Part shown: positions 1 through 11,305 of the stretch, piece after piece
Layout: every line of letters starts with the position of its first letter
Position numbering within the stretch: position 1 is the stretch's first letter
From: Candidatus Saccharimonadales bacterium
GTDB lineage: Bacteria; Patescibacteriota; Saccharimonadia; Saccharimonadales; UBA4665
Assembly (NCBI GenBank): GCA_035479135.1
Contig: DATIIY010000003.1
Span: 42,302-106,301 of the forward strand
Reading direction: 5' to 3'
Length of the DNA: 64,000 nucleotides
Notes under the pieces: model-generated
The model's database searches: none
What the model was told of the DNA's origin: nothing
The model's input: the letters and a program-made list of their open reading frames with translations, nothing else
Made by a program: the position numbers and the translations under genes

Positions 1-59
1 GTCATATACTATATTTTACAGGAGTAAATTTCCTTATCGTTTTACCGCCTTAAATAGTT

Positions 60-608
60 CTACAAATCCAGTGAACTTGTCAGCATATTATAATTTGGTA
101 CTTGGGCTTTAAATAAGCTAAGTGTCAGGCTGGTGTTTCCTCGGTAAGTGCTGGGTTTGCCACAGCTAGTTGCCCAATATCGCTCCAGTTGCTGGCCCTG
201 GTCAATAAATTCAAAAATGTACCGGTCTCCGAGTGGACAATATCCCCTGTCATCTTTATATAACGGGTTATTATCGCCTAGTCTAAAGCCGGCGTGCTGC
301 AGCGCTAATAAAAAGTTTGCATAAGCATTGGAGTTACTGGCAAAAGATTGTTGGTTTACAACCGTCCCCTGATAACCCTGAATTTGCTCGTACGTGACTT
401 CATCCTGACCAACACTTATCTGCACGGATTGGTGAATTAGATCAGTGTTTACCGGCCCATCGATAGTCAAACTAGCAATAGCATCAGTATCAGCGTAACT
501 ACCCAGCGATCGGCTTACTTTTGGTGGCTTGCTGCCGCCGTGAAACAATAGCAATAACAGAGAAAAAATTAGAACCACCACCACCAGAAATGCCAGAATA
601 TATCTCAT
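60..608 (-). CDS. hypothetical membrane-anchored/secreted protein
   Basis: 182-aa ORF with an N-terminal hydrophobic helix (MRYILAFLVVVVLIFSLLLLLF) followed by a soluble domain. No family recognised. Confidence 0.45.
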   Translation of the reverse strand: MRYILAFLVVVVLIFSLLLLLFHGGSKPPKVSRSLGSYADTDAIASLTIDGPVNTDLIHQSVQISVGQDEVTYEQIQGYQGTVVNQQSFASNSNAYANFLLALQHAGFRLGDNNPLYKDDRGYCPLGDRYIFEFIDQGQQLERYWATSCGKPSTYRGNTSLTLSLFKAQVPNYNMLTSSLDL

Positions 609-702
609 AATAAGCTACAAATAGCCATAAACGCATATACTACCACTTTTCTACTAAAATTGCAACTTTAATTAGGTGCTTATTGGCTTATAATGAATTA
701 AT

Positions 703-1149
703 GTGAAACTTACTTACCAGACTGCCGTCGCGACCCTTATTCAGTTCATAGTAGTGAGTCTTTTTATATTAATAAGCCAGCTGGGGTCATCTATTATTGG
801 CTGTTTTAAAAGCAGCTCTGGCGAATGCGTAACTAATCTGCTTACTTCTATTATCTTTTTTCTTCTAGCATCTGTTAGCTTTGGCTTTATTTGGTTGATC
901 GGTTTTGCTGCTCAGAATCGCCGCAGCAAACGCCTATCTCAACTTTTGATCTGTATTGAAAGTGCAATTGCCCTACTAGCATTGTTCAGTATCAAACTTA
1001 ATTCTCACTCCCGTAACGTCTCTGGACTAATTGCCAGTTTCGGTGTTCTAGTTATGAGCAGTTGGATAATTACTCTGGCTTTTCGATTGATGCGAGCCGG
1101 GGGAGGCCGAGTTGTGGTTAGATCACGGGCCCGGGTACGGCATCGTTAA
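703..1149 (+). CDS. hypothetical polytopic membrane protein
   Basis: 148-aa ORF with a GTG start, about 4 hydrophobic segments and an Arg-rich C-terminus. No family recognised. Confidence 0.4.
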   Translation: MKLTYQTAVATLIQFIVVSLFILISQLGSSIIGCFKSSSGECVTNLLTSIIFFLLASVSFGFIWLIGFAAQNRRSKRLSQLLICIESAIALLALFSIKLNSHSRNVSGLIASFGVLVMSSWIITLAFRLMRAGGGRVVVRSRARVRHR

Positions 1150-1162
1150 AATTTATTTATTA

Positions 1163-3823
1163 TTAAAGTTCGCCCCAGTTAGACCCGGTAGTAATATCTA
1201 CATCCAAACGAACCGGTAATTTATATATATTCTCCATAGTCTTTTTAAGCATATTCCCTATTCGCTCAGCGACTGGTTCCGGACATTCCACCAGTATCGA
1301 ATCATGAATTTGTAGAAGCATGTGACAGTCGTTGTGCTGTTCTCGCAAAATATTATCGACTTCAATCATAGCCATTTTCATAAGATCCGCCTCAGTTCCT
1401 TGAATAGGCATATTGATGGCGGCCCGCTCAGCGGCCTGGCGTACCACAAAATTACTGGATTTAATGTCCGGCATCGGGCGACGGCGTCCAAACAATGTTT
1501 CTACGTAGCCATCTTGTCGAGCTTGCTCCAAAACCTTATCCATATAGTCAAATAATGGCCGGCGCAGCTTTTTATAACGATCAATAAAATCCACAGCTTG
1601 TTCTCGGGTCATGCCGGTAGCTACCGATAATCCGTGCGGACTCATACCATATAAAATGCCAAAATTTATTACTTTGGCCGCCCGGCGCATCTGTTTCGTA
1701 ACATCTTCCTGCTCACGGCCGTACACCTGGGCTGCTGTCATGGCGTGGATATCAGCCCCCTGGTTGAACATTTCAATCAGCTCAGTATCTTTGGCCAGAA
1801 CGGCAGCCAATCTCAGTTCAAATTGCGAATAGTCGGCACTGACCAACTTGTGGTGCTGTTCAGCTACAAAGGCTGTCCGTATATGCCGACCAAGATCAGT
1901 TCGGGTCGGAATATTCTGCAGATTAGGATCGGTACTACTTAGCCGTCCGCTGCGCGATATCGTCAAATTAAAGGTAGTGTGAACTCTGGATTTTTCATCC
2001 ACTTGCTGCGGTAATGTATCAATATAAGTATTTTTGAGCTTGGCTACCTCGCGGTATTGCGTGATCAAATCAATTATCGGATGTTGACCGCGAAGTTTAT
2101 CCAGTTCCCTGGCAGCAGTACTGTAACCGGTTTTACCCTTCTTAACCCCCTGAGTCGATAATTTAAGTTTATCGAATAAAATATCTGCCAGCTGGCCAGG
2201 CGACCCGATGTTAAATTCCTGATCGGCATGACCGTATATCTGTTGTTCCAGTTTTAAAATCGTATCTTCAACTTCTATTGAAAACTTAGCTAAATATTTG
2301 GTATCGAGTTTGATGCCGATGTATTCCATATGAGCTAATACTGCAATAACTGGCCACTCAATATCAGTAGCTAACTTCGGTAATTTAGGAATTTTATGGA
2401 GTTCCGTGAGCTGCTTATCATATAAAGCTTTAATGACAGCGATGAATTCCGGAGCTCTTGTAATAGCTTCATCTTTGTCCAAGTCTTCGAACGGCGAACC
2501 GTCATAATTTAATTCAGTCTCGGCCAGTTCGGTCAAATTTTGTTCACGTCTAAGCGAGTTGAGCAAAAAAGCACCGATCAACACGTCATGCGCGATTTCA
2601 GGCAAAATTTTAATCTCCAAGCCTATAAGTATTTCCAATGTTGATTTAATATCATAACCAATTAAGGCGCGGTCTTGACTGAATAAATCTGCTAACGATT
2701 GTTTATCTACTTTGGCAAGCTCAATTGTATAAGTTTGCTTGCCATCGGTACTTAGAATTAATAATTCCGGTTTACGGCCGTGTTTGCCGGCTGAACGGCT
2801 ATGGATATATAAAAATTCAGATTTGTCATCCTTTAATTGATCAAGCTTTTGATTTGAATCAATAATCGTATTCGGACCGGCTTTGAGCGAAACACGGCCA
2901 CTTTTGACATGATGATCTTCTATAGCTATCTGCATTACTTCCGGCAATTGTCTGGCTAATGTACGAAACTCCAGCTTTTGTAGCAGCTCCAGAATTTTTC
3001 CCGGTTCGCTTTGACTGCCGTCCATTGATTTCAGATCCAATTTGAGAGGCGCGTCCGTCCAAATGCGGGCTAGTTCTTTACTTAGATAAGCAAGCTTTTT
3101 GCCAGCCTCCAGCTTCTTACGTGTAGAATCTTTAATCAGATCAAGATTTTGATAGATTCCGTCCAATGTATTGAATTGTTTTAGTAAATCAACTGCGCCT
3201 TTTTCACCGATTCCCGGCACCCCAGGAATATTATCCGAACTGTCACCTTTGATAGATTTGAGATCCAGAAATTGCTCAACAGTTATACCATACTTCGCTT
3301 CAAAACTCTTAGGTGAATACAATTCTATATTTGATAGTCCGGTCTTGAGTGCGTAAACATGTACGTGACCATTCACCAGCTGCAACATATCCAAGTCAGA
3401 GGTGATCAACATGGTTTCAATGTTTTTGGTGCGAGCTTGAACAGCTAAGGTACCCATAATATCATCAGCCTCATAGTCGTCTAGTTCATACAGCGGCCAG
3501 CCAAAAGCCTTAAGCAACTTTTGCAACACCGGTACTTGTTCATAGAAATCGGCCGGCGCCGGTTTGCGCCCGGCTTTGTATTCTGGATAGAGCTCGAGTC
3601 TTTTGCGAATATTGGTTTTGGGTTTGTCCCAGGCCACAGCCACATAATCCGGTTTTAATCTTCGAATAACCTCCAAAGCCATGGTCGCAAAGCCAAAAAC
3701 TCCACCCGTCGGCGTGCCGTCCTGGGTACTCAGATTCGGCATAGCATAATAGCCTCGGTAAAACACGCTTTTACCGTCAATAATAGCCAGCTTCTTTCGC
3801 TTAGTCTCAACCTCTGTTGCCAT
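1163..3823 (-). CDS. polA: DNA polymerase I
   Basis: 886 aa. N-terminal 5'-3' exonuclease/FEN motifs (LAIIDGKSVFYRGYYA, GIPGVPGIGEKGA). C-terminal family A polymerase motifs (DYSQFELRLAA, RRAAKVINFGILYGM, QIHDSILVE). Confidence 0.95.
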   Translation of the reverse strand: MATEVETKRKKLAIIDGKSVFYRGYYAMPNLSTQDGTPTGGVFGFATMALEVIRRLKPDYVAVAWDKPKTNIRKRLELYPEYKAGRKPAPADFYEQVPVLQKLLKAFGWPLYELDDYEADDIMGTLAVQARTKNIETMLITSDLDMLQLVNGHVHVYALKTGLSNIELYSPKSFEAKYGITVEQFLDLKSIKGDSSDNIPGVPGIGEKGAVDLLKQFNTLDGIYQNLDLIKDSTRKKLEAGKKLAYLSKELARIWTDAPLKLDLKSMDGSQSEPGKILELLQKLEFRTLARQLPEVMQIAIEDHHVKSGRVSLKAGPNTIIDSNQKLDQLKDDKSEFLYIHSRSAGKHGRKPELLILSTDGKQTYTIELAKVDKQSLADLFSQDRALIGYDIKSTLEILIGLEIKILPEIAHDVLIGAFLLNSLRREQNLTELAETELNYDGSPFEDLDKDEAITRAPEFIAVIKALYDKQLTELHKIPKLPKLATDIEWPVIAVLAHMEYIGIKLDTKYLAKFSIEVEDTILKLEQQIYGHADQEFNIGSPGQLADILFDKLKLSTQGVKKGKTGYSTAARELDKLRGQHPIIDLITQYREVAKLKNTYIDTLPQQVDEKSRVHTTFNLTISRSGRLSSTDPNLQNIPTRTDLGRHIRTAFVAEQHHKLVSADYSQFELRLAAVLAKDTELIEMFNQGADIHAMTAAQVYGREQEDVTKQMRRAAKVINFGILYGMSPHGLSVATGMTREQAVDFIDRYKKLRRPLFDYMDKVLEQARQDGYVETLFGRRRPMPDIKSSNFVVRQAAERAAINMPIQGTEADLMKMAMIEVDNILREQHNDCHMLLQIHDSILVECPEPVAERIGNMLKKTMENIYKLPVRLDVDITTGSNWGEL

Positions 3824-3860
3824 TAACTTACAGTATACGCCAAATATGATTTAATAGATC

Positions 3861-4406
3861 TTATTTACTTCGGTAAACTTGTTTTTCGGTGATAATTAAA
3901 TCAAGCGCAATATCATGTTTTTCTGTTGGCAAATCAGATGTGTTACCGATTTCGAAGCAGACCCCTACTTTTTGGGCTTCAGGCTGTGTCGCCAGAAACT
4001 TATCATAATACCCCCCGCCGTAACCAATCCGGTGCAATGTTTTAGGATCAAACCCCAGCATTGGTACAACCACTAAATCAAAATTATCCGGAGGTTGACT
4101 GCCATTAATACCAATAATTTCCCAGTCATTTTCAATTAATCTGGGTGAAAAAATTTTAATATTTACGTTTTTATCTTCTAGATCTGTAATAAAAGTATTA
4201 ATATCCGGCTCAGCTAAAATTAAAATTGGTTCAAAAACATGTAGGTTTTTAATCTTGGACCAATCCAAAACCGACTGAAGACCATCGACTATCGACTGAC
4301 TTGCCATGCGATGTTCGCTGGGCAGTATTTCCAATCGGGCATGTTTGAGTTGACTACGTAATTCGCTTTTTGTAAGTGGCATATGCTTATTGTAAGCTAA
4401 TGTCAT
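3861..4406 (-). CDS. 5-formyltetrahydrofolate cyclo-ligase
   Basis: 181 aa. The C-terminal motif DLVVVPMLGFDPKTLHRIGYGGGYYDKFL is typical of the MTHFS family. Confidence 0.8.
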   Translation of the reverse strand: MTLAYNKHMPLTKSELRSQLKHARLEILPSEHRMASQSIVDGLQSVLDWSKIKNLHVFEPILILAEPDINTFITDLEDKNVNIKIFSPRLIENDWEIIGINGSQPPDNFDLVVVPMLGFDPKTLHRIGYGGGYYDKFLATQPEAQKVGVCFEIGNTSDLPTEKHDIALDLIITEKQVYRSK

Positions 4407-5055
4407 GCATCATCGCATCAGCCGAACTGAATTACTTCAGGCACAACTAGCTTTAATTGTAGCAATCGGATTGCAAATATTTACACGCCATATTGGCAAT
4501 GATTTACTGCCCGGTTCGCAATACCTAATCATACTAACTGAAGTTACCCTGGCCGTATTAATGGGTTTTACGATTAACCTGGAACGGGCTCACAAATTAG
4601 GTATTCATCATATTTTGGCAGTAGTTTTATTGGCCGTTATTTCTACTGCTAACATCAGTGGCCTGGTATATGTTTTGAGATCGCTAATTGCCGGTGGCAG
4701 CGCACTTGATGGTGAGAAATTATTAGCTTCGGCCGTCGCTATTTTTATTACAAATATAATTGTCTATGCATTGTGGTATTGGGAAATTGATAGTCCCGGT
4801 TTAACTAGACTTCGATGGTCCAAATACCAAAAAGATTTCCAGTTCACCCAACAGGATTTAAAATCTGAGTATCCGGACTGGCAGCCGCAATTCGGTGATT
4901 ATTTATACTTATCGGTCACTAATGCCACAAACTTCGCCCCAGCTGACGTCCGCCCACTGACTCTGCAAACCAAACTGTTGATGTCCTCTCAATCTTTAGT
5001 CTCTGTCTTCACCCTGGCCCTGTTAATCGCCCGCTCCGTCAGCATACTGGGCTAG
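4405..5055 (+). CDS. DUF1345-like integral membrane protein
   Basis: 216 aa with multiple TM helices. The C-terminal region (FGDYLYLSVTNATNFAPADVRP) resembles the DUF1345 signature. Confidence 0.45.
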   Translation: MHHRISRTELLQAQLALIVAIGLQIFTRHIGNDLLPGSQYLIILTEVTLAVLMGFTINLERAHKLGIHHILAVVLLAVISTANISGLVYVLRSLIAGGSALDGEKLLASAVAIFITNIIVYALWYWEIDSPGLTRLRWSKYQKDFQFTQQDLKSEYPDWQPQFGDYLYLSVTNATNFAPADVRPLTLQTKLLMSSQSLVSVFTLALLIARSVSILG

Positions 5056-5057
5056 TG

Positions 5058-5642
5058 TTAAAACAAATTATCAACTTTTATCGTAAGCTCTTCAGAGTTG
5101 CTGTCGTTGTTCAGTGTTATGTCGCTTTTGGATTTGACGCCGGACATATCAAGAGTTGCTGCGTCACCAGATTGATTCATTTCCGCATTTTCCTCACTCA
5201 AGAATTGTACAAAACTCTTATGATCTTCACCCGGGCGGCCACGGTTAGCGGCATTGGCTTGTATTCGCTCGTATCGTATCTTTGGATCAGCATCAACCCA
5301 AATGACAGTGCCGTCCAGCTCGTGTATTCGATCGGCTTCGCCTGGGTTGCGTAAACTGGAAATAACCAGACCATTCGGGAATTTAGTTTTTAGCTTATCG
5401 TATTCTTCAACTGCTTTGTCTATTAAAAATCCGAGTCGTCCTGTTTCACGCCGCCACTGCGCGCTAATTGTGCGTAAAGTCTGTCGTTCAATCGGCAAAT
5501 CTCTTCTAATTGCCTCGTCTCTCAGAAGTTCGGTAATTGAAATAAATAAGTAGCCATATTTTTCAACTAAAATTCGACCGACTGTGTCTTTGCCGGAACC
5601 ATTGGTACCGGCAAGGCCGATAAGTTTCAATTTTGGTTTCAT
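5058..5642 (-). CDS. P-loop nucleotide/nucleoside kinase-like protein
   Basis: 194 aa with Walker A GLAGTNGSGKDT near the N-terminus. Small kinase fold size. Substrate not assignable by eye. Confidence 0.5.
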   Translation of the reverse strand: MKPKLKLIGLAGTNGSGKDTVGRILVEKYGYLFISITELLRDEAIRRDLPIERQTLRTISAQWRRETGRLGFLIDKAVEEYDKLKTKFPNGLVISSLRNPGEADRIHELDGTVIWVDADPKIRYERIQANAANRGRPGEDHKSFVQFLSEENAEMNQSGDAATLDMSGVKSKSDITLNNDSNSEELTIKVDNLF

Positions 5643-6794
5643 TTATTTGATGTAGTCGTGGAGCTTTTTGGCGTCGCGGTGTTTGCGTAGTTTGGCAAGA
5701 GCTTTGGCTTCTATCTGGCGGATACGCTCACGGGTCACACTGAATTCCTGGCCGACTTCTTCGAGGGTGTGGCTTTTACCATCTTCGAGACCGAAGCGTA
5801 ATTTGAGAATCTTCTGTTCACGTTCAGTGAGAGCTGACAGCATGTCCTTGACCTGTTCTTTGAGCAATTGACCGGTAGCTGATTCCTCCGGTGAAACCGT
5901 ATCTTCATCCTCGATGAAATCGGCCAGCACACTGTCTTCTTCGTCATCACGAATTGAAGCATCCAGTGAGCTAATATCCTGTTTGATTTTCATGATGTGT
6001 TCAACCTTGTCGGCATCGATTTCCATTTCCTTGGCGATTTCTTCATTAGTCGGTTCGCGGTTTAATTCTTGGGTTAAGCGTCGCTGGGTTCTAAGCAGTT
6101 TGTTGATGGTTTCCACCATGTGTACCGGAATACGGATAGTTCGGGCCTGGTCGGCAATCGCCCGGGTGATTGCTTGACGGATCCACCAAGTGGCGTAAGT
6201 ACTGAATTTGAACCCTTTGTCCGGGTCAAATTTCTCAACTGCTCTAAGTAAGCCGGTGTTGCCTTCTTGAATCAGATCCAGAAGATCTAGTCCGCGGCCA
6301 ACGTATCGCTTGGCGATTGATACTACCAGACGCATATTGGCTTCAGCCATTTGATCTTTGGCTAGTTTGTCACCGGCTACTACACGCTTAGCTAGCGCTA
6401 ACTCTTCTTCAGCGTTAAGTAGCGGAATTTTACCGATTTCACGGAGGTACAAACGGACTGAATCATCAGCCACATCGTCATCCAAATAAATCGGTGAGTT
6501 GGTAACAACCTTTTCTTCTTCAATTTCATCGGCTTCCCACTCGGCGGTGAAACCGGCCGTACCCGGTTCAGACGAAGTAATATCAATATTCAAATCAGCC
6601 AGCTCGGTATATAAAGCATCAAGTGCTTCGGCGTTTTCCGGGGTTTCCGGAATTACTTTGAAAATAGCCTGCTGATCAATGTGACCATCAGCTTTGGCAC
6701 GAGTTAGCAGCGTTTCTTTTTGTTGTTCCGGTGTCTGTGGTTCTTCTACTGTTTTGGAAGCCTTGGTTAGGCTTGGTTTTTTAGATCTGGGCAT
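5643..6794 (-). CDS. rpoD: RNA polymerase primary sigma factor
   Basis: 383 aa. Region 2 ([29 protein letters not shown]), region 3 and region 4 ([24 protein letters not shown]) are all present. Confidence 0.95.
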   Translation of the reverse strand: MPRSKKPSLTKASKTVEEPQTPEQQKETLLTRAKADGHIDQQAIFKVIPETPENAEALDALYTELADLNIDITSSEPGTAGFTAEWEADEIEEEKVVTNSPIYLDDDVADDSVRLYLREIGKIPLLNAEEELALAKRVVAGDKLAKDQMAEANMRLVVSIAKRYVGRGLDLLDLIQEGNTGLLRAVEKFDPDKGFKFSTYATWWIRQAITRAIADQARTIRIPVHMVETINKLLRTQRRLTQELNREPTNEEIAKEMEIDADKVEHIMKIKQDISSLDASIRDDEEDSVLADFIEDEDTVSPEESATGQLLKEQVKDMLSALTEREQKILKLRFGLEDGKSHTLEEVGQEFSVTRERIRQIEAKALAKLRKHRDAKKLHDYIK

Positions 6795-8550
6795 CGTTCA
6801 CTCCTTTGACTTGATTTAATAGAGTGTCATAATGCTTGGCTTGTTCTAATAATGGGCGGGTCGCCGATTCATCGGCATTGGCCATAGCTTCTGACAGTTT
6901 TGCTTTTTGGATTTTTATATATCTTTCCACCAGACGTGCCTGCAATCGAGCGGCTTCGTAATGAAGCTCATTGAGCTCGAGGCCCTGATAGAGTTCCTCG
7001 TATAGTAATGATTCTATTTTAACATAATCAGCGAGATTATGCACTATTTTAGGGTTTTGGCCGTCAAAATCCGGATTTTTCTTCAGAAATACTAATAATT
7101 CACGTCCCTCTTCGCTATATAGCATTTCCGGCGTTATAAGATCAAGAAACTCTCTCAAAGTTGGTCGAGTAAACATCAGACTAAGAAAATTGTCTTGAAT
7201 TTTCTGGTTTTCAATATCGGTTTGGTTGAGCTTTCCAGGTTCAATTTTGGGTTTTCGACGACGTGCTGCTACTTCAGATTTGGTAGTTTTTTGAAACTTC
7301 TGGTCTAAGGCTTCACGACCTACAACCAATGTTTTGGCTATGGCATTTAAATAATGATCTTGCTCAACAGCGTCACTTAAACTACGAACAACCGGCAATA
7401 AAATATCACTAAATTGTCGCTTACCCTGGGCAGAATTTAAGTCCAGTTGTTTTTCATAGCGGTCCATCAGCCAATCCACCGCATAAACCGGTTTGGTAAC
7501 AGCACTCTGCCAAAGCTTGGGGTCTTGTTTAATTAAATCATCAGGGTCCTGGCCTTCCGGAACATCAATTATGCTTAAACTAACTTTGACCCGCGAAGCT
7601 ATCGGAATTGCCCGTTCGGTGGCTGCCAATCCCGCTTTATCGGCATCAAAACTCAAACGTATGTCATTTGTAAAACGACTTAGTCCCTTAAGCTGTGGTT
7701 CGGTAAGGGCCGTACCGGCCGTCGCTACTACCTCCCGAACATCTGCTTGATGACTGGCGATAACGTCCAGATTGCCTTCGGCTATTACCGCGAATTTATT
7801 CTTACGAATCGCCTCCTTGGCGAAATGTAGCCCATAAATATGTCGGCTTTTATCATAAAGCACTGTTTGCGGTGTATTGATATATTTTGGTGCCTCCGGG
7901 TCGCTATCCAGTAGGCGGGCCGTAAAGCCAATTACCCGACTTTCTTGATCCTGGAGTGGAATCATCAGCCGACCTCTGAACATATCCTGCGTTCCGCCGC
8001 GGTAACTACGGGAACTTAGGCCGGCCTGCTTAATTTCCGTTTCAGTAAAACTTTTATTTAATAAATATTTAATTAGTGCTTGGCCGTTATTTGGCGCATA
8101 ACCAAGTCGCCATTTTAGTGCCGTATCTTTGCTGAACCGACGTTGTTTAAGTACATAATCCAGGGCTGTTTTATTGCGGCTGAATTGAACTTGGTAAAAC
8201 CTCGCCGAGGAATCCAGTAATTGATATAAACGCGCTTTGACCGGACCACCGCGGTTAGGAGTTGTTCTGTATTGCTCGATGTCTATGCCGGCTTTACGGG
8301 CTAAAAGTTCCAGTGCGTCTTTGAATTCCAAACCCTCCATTTCCATTACAAAACTAAATACGTTTCCGCCCTTTCCCGAGCTGAAATCGTGCCAGATCTG
8401 CTTCTCTGGACTGACCATAAAGCTAGGGGTTTTTTCATTGGAAAATGGGCTCAATCCCCGCCAATTCCGACCTGCTCGTTTCAATTGTATATATTCAGAA
8501 ACTACGTCTTCGATATTAAGACGAGATTTTATCTCTTCCACGGCATCCAT
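6781..8550 (-). CDS. dnaG: DNA primase
   Basis: 589 aa with the classic dnaG-rpoD arrangement. N-terminal primase region ([33 protein letters not shown]) and TOPRIM motifs ([16 protein letters not shown]). Confidence 0.95.
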   Translation of the reverse strand: MDAVEEIKSRLNIEDVVSEYIQLKRAGRNWRGLSPFSNEKTPSFMVSPEKQIWHDFSSGKGGNVFSFVMEMEGLEFKDALELLARKAGIDIEQYRTTPNRGGPVKARLYQLLDSSARFYQVQFSRNKTALDYVLKQRRFSKDTALKWRLGYAPNNGQALIKYLLNKSFTETEIKQAGLSSRSYRGGTQDMFRGRLMIPLQDQESRVIGFTARLLDSDPEAPKYINTPQTVLYDKSRHIYGLHFAKEAIRKNKFAVIAEGNLDVIASHQADVREVVATAGTALTEPQLKGLSRFTNDIRLSFDADKAGLAATERAIPIASRVKVSLSIIDVPEGQDPDDLIKQDPKLWQSAVTKPVYAVDWLMDRYEKQLDLNSAQGKRQFSDILLPVVRSLSDAVEQDHYLNAIAKTLVVGREALDQKFQKTTKSEVAARRRKPKIEPGKLNQTDIENQKIQDNFLSLMFTRPTLREFLDLITPEMLYSEEGRELLVFLKKNPDFDGQNPKIVHNLADYVKIESLLYEELYQGLELNELHYEAARLQARLVERYIKIQKAKLSEAMANADESATRPLLEQAKHYDTLLNQVKGVNDAQI

Positions 8551-8637
8551 ATTCCTAGCTTATAGCTTATACCCTTCCTCGCCTAGCATAAGCTCTTTAC
8601 CTTCACTCGAAGTAGAAGCTTATGGTTTAATGGGAGA

Positions 8638-9618
8638 ATGCCGCCACGCCCTCCCAGCCATTCCAATGAGTTTCACAACAACCGCCACATGTATATACCG
8701 GAGCGGGCTCAAAAAATCATGACCCAGAGGTTGGAACGTACTTTGCCCTCATCCATGAAGAAATATGCCTCAGCTTATGTGCAGCAAAACCTCGTCCAAC
8801 CAAGTTTAAGTAGTGGGACCGGTTATTCCCCGCATACCCCGCAGGCTGAACCGGCTTTCGCTCACCGGCCCATATCTGCCAGCCCGCAGTCATCAATCCA
8901 CTACAACTCTACCGAACTACCATATACGCCGGCTCAGCCTGCCGCAATCGCGCCTGAACCTGGTTTAATACAGCCTACCACGGACGACCACCTACCGTTG
9001 GATACACCGACAGTAGAACCTTATGATTTCATTATGAATCCCGGACAAACCAAGCCCAAAGCGGCACTCTTGCCTAACCTGAATTCAGGACTCAAAAAAG
9101 CTGTTTTTGTGATTGTTTTAGTGTTTATAGTCATTGTCGTCTTGTCTGTTGGTAAGAATTTATTAGGCGGCCCATCTATAGCATCAACTTTTGCATCTGT
9201 AGCTCAGGATCAACAGGCTATGATTCATATTACCAGTAGTCTGTCATCCGGCTCTAAGCAACAAACCCTAAGCGTGACCAGTCAGAATTTTGCTGCGACC
9301 GCCAACAGCAGTCTGGTATCATCCCAAGTGCAATTATTCAATTACCTGGCAAATAACAAACAGAAGATTAATCCCAAAGTTCTAAATCTGAAGATCAATC
9401 CAACATTTGATACCCAATTATCACAATCTTCAGCCAGTGGTACATTTGAGCATACCTTTCAACAAATAATGAAAACCGAGTTGACTTCTTACATGAATGA
9501 TCTCAACCATACCTACGAAAAAACCACCGGTAAAAACGGACGAACTTTACTGGTCAATGACTATACCCAAGCCAAGCTGCTTCTGGACCAGCTGAACCAG
9601 GCCAGCGCCGGTGGTTAG
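8638..9618 (+). CDS. hypothetical single-pass membrane protein with Pro-rich N-terminal region
   Basis: 326-aa ORF with a Pro/Ser-rich first 140 aa, one TM (AVFVIVLVFIVIVVLSV), then a soluble domain. The start codon is uncertain (alternative ATGs at about 8719 and 8755). Confidence 0.45.
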   Translation: MPPRPPSHSNEFHNNRHMYIPERAQKIMTQRLERTLPSSMKKYASAYVQQNLVQPSLSSGTGYSPHTPQAEPAFAHRPISASPQSSIHYNSTELPYTPAQPAAIAPEPGLIQPTTDDHLPLDTPTVEPYDFIMNPGQTKPKAALLPNLNSGLKKAVFVIVLVFIVIVVLSVGKNLLGGPSIASTFASVAQDQQAMIHITSSLSSGSKQQTLSVTSQNFAATANSSLVSSQVQLFNYLANNKQKINPKVLNLKINPTFDTQLSQSSASGTFEHTFQQIMKTELTSYMNDLNHTYEKTTGKNGRTLLVNDYTQAKLLLDQLNQASAGG

Positions 9619-9627
9619 CTGTAAGAA

Positions 9628-9957
9628 TTATTCTCCTTCGTTGGTAATAGCCAAATTGTAGCTATGCCGAATCAGATCCTGCACCTCGTCCCAGGTTAAT
9701 TGTCCGGCCAGAACCATAGTGTTCCAATATTTTTTATTCAAATGATAACCTGGCATTACTTCCGCATATTTAGCTCGTAATACCTCAGCCAATTGGGGAT
9801 CACACTTCAGACTAAGCTGCACCGGATCTTTGCCTTCTCTGATCAGTGCAAACATATTGTCATAAATTTTAAATACTGCCACACTCGGACCAAAAGGGTG
9901 TTCTAACCGTGCATTGGGCATGCTCATTAAGTAAGTTTCAACTGTTTGGCGATCCAT
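9628..9957 (-). CDS. MmcQ/YjbR family protein
   Basis: 109 aa. Motifs HPFGPSVAVFKI..NMFALI and YHLNKKYWNTM are typical of the YjbR family. Confidence 0.7.
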   Translation of the reverse strand: MDRQTVETYLMSMPNARLEHPFGPSVAVFKIYDNMFALIREGKDPVQLSLKCDPQLAEVLRAKYAEVMPGYHLNKKYWNTMVLAGQLTWDEVQDLIRHSYNLAITNEGE

Positions 9958-10501
9958 TCCTAAACCACTCCAAATAATTCTGCAGTTCGGCTATTGACGC
10001 TTGAATATCGTCAAAGGCCCGGTGCACTTCTTTTTTCTCAAACATCACTCCGTATTTGGCCTGCATCAAAACCTTCCAGGCACTGACATCCAACATTCTA
10101 TAATGTAATTTAAGATCCAGTTTTGGCCACCACTGTCTAATAAAATTACGGTCATTGTGAATGCTGTTGCCGGCTAATATAACCGGCTCTGAACCGAACT
10201 GTGTCTCAACCAGCTCAATTAATTCCTGCTCGACTTGGTCACTGGGTTTTCCGTTAGCTGTTTTACGTATAAATTCATCCCGATTGGCCGGAAAATCTAC
10301 CCACCATTTGTTGTTTTGCATACGTTTCACCACCGTATTATTGGGCTGTTTGACAATTGCCTCGTAGTTGGCCAGAGTTTTAAAATCAAAGTCCGTTACT
10401 TCGGCCGCTACTTCCAGAATTAGATCATTTTTGGGATCCAATCCGGTCATTTCCAAATCAACCCAGAGCAGCTTAGTGGCAATGATTTCATCATCAGGCA
10501 T
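9938..10501 (-). CDS. orn: oligoribonuclease
   Basis: 187 aa. DEDDh exonuclease motifs LLWVDLEMTGLDP, LAGNSIHNDRNFI and HRAFDDI. Confidence 0.88.
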   Translation of the reverse strand: MPDDEIIATKLLWVDLEMTGLDPKNDLILEVAAEVTDFDFKTLANYEAIVKQPNNTVVKRMQNNKWWVDFPANRDEFIRKTANGKPSDQVEQELIELVETQFGSEPVILAGNSIHNDRNFIRQWWPKLDLKLHYRMLDVSAWKVLMQAKYGVMFEKKEVHRAFDDIQASIAELQNYLEWFRNGSPNS

Positions 10502-10542
10502 TATCTGTAATTATAGCAGTTTTATGATATACTTTGTAAAGT

Positions 10543-10875
10543 ATGAGGCCTTCGACATTGACCAAACCTATCGAACCGCGAGTCGGTTGTATTGCCAATG
10601 CCATGCAAATTGTTGGCAGTAAATGGACGGCGCTGATCCTACGTGATTTGTTCAGTGGTCCAAAACGGTTCTGTGAACTGGAAAGATCAGTCGGAAGTAT
10701 TAACCCTCGAACTTTGAGCAATCGTCTGGCGGATCTGGAATCAAATGGCATAGTTACCAAGCGAAGCTATGCTGAAGTACCGCCAAGAACTGAATATACT
10801 TTAACCAACAAGGGTTCAGACTTATTACCAATCTTACAGCAAATGGCTACCTGGGGAACTAAATATTCTCATTAA
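10543..10875 (+). CDS. HxlR family transcriptional regulator
   Basis: 110 aa. The signature GSKWTALILRDLFSGPKRFCELERSVGSINPRTLSNRLADLESNGIV...PPRTEYTLT is a canonical HxlR winged helix. Confidence 0.88.
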   Translation: MRPSTLTKPIEPRVGCIANAMQIVGSKWTALILRDLFSGPKRFCELERSVGSINPRTLSNRLADLESNGIVTKRSYAEVPPRTEYTLTNKGSDLLPILQQMATWGTKYSH

Positions 10876-10894
10876 AATTTGCTAAATAATTAGT

Positions 10895-11305
10895 TTATTT
10901 TTTAGATTCCTGAAAATCAAGCGCGGCTGAATTTATACAGTAATGTTGGCCTGTGGGTGATGATTTATCATCAAACAGATGTCCCAGATGGCTGCCGCAG
11001 GTTTTACAAATTACCTCTGTACGGTGCATGCCCAGACTGGTATCGTCCTGTAACTTAACTTTATCGCTGTTGACCACTTCTGCAAAACTGGGCCAACCTT
11101 CCAAGCCTGATATATTTGAATCATATTTAGCATCGCTCTTAAACAAAACAGTGCCGCAAGCGGCGCACATATAATCGCCGTTTTTACTATTTCGCAGTAG
11201 CTTGCCACTATAAGGTGCTTCAGTGCCCTTTTCGCGAAGAATATGGTATTGTTCCGGAGTCAGTTTAGATTTCCATTCTTCCTCAGTTAATTTCATTGCC
11301 ATCAT
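10895..11305 (-). CDS. msrB: peptide-methionine (R)-S-oxide reductase
   Basis: 136 aa. Two CxxC pairs (CAACGT, CKTCGSHLGHLF) and the SelR domain pattern GWPSF. Confidence 0.9.
   Translation of the reverse strand: MMAMKLTEEEWKSKLTPEQYHILREKGTEAPYSGKLLRNSKNGDYMCAACGTVLFKSDAKYDSNISGLEGWPSFAEVVNSDKVKLQDDTSLGMHRTEVICKTCGSHLGHLFDDKSSPTGQHYCINSAALDFQESKK

Noticed and set aside
8237-8722. 161-aa plus-strand ORF overlapping the 5' part of dnaG
   Set aside because: It is antisense to a confidently identified gene, has Ser/Leu/Pro-rich shadow-frame composition and shows no SD. It is treated as a non-coding shadow ORF. The same reasoning rejects the other antisense or alternate-frame track ORFs inside polA, rpoD, argS, the arg genes, carA, groEL, the Mur ligase, valS, virB4, recF, dnaN and dnaA.
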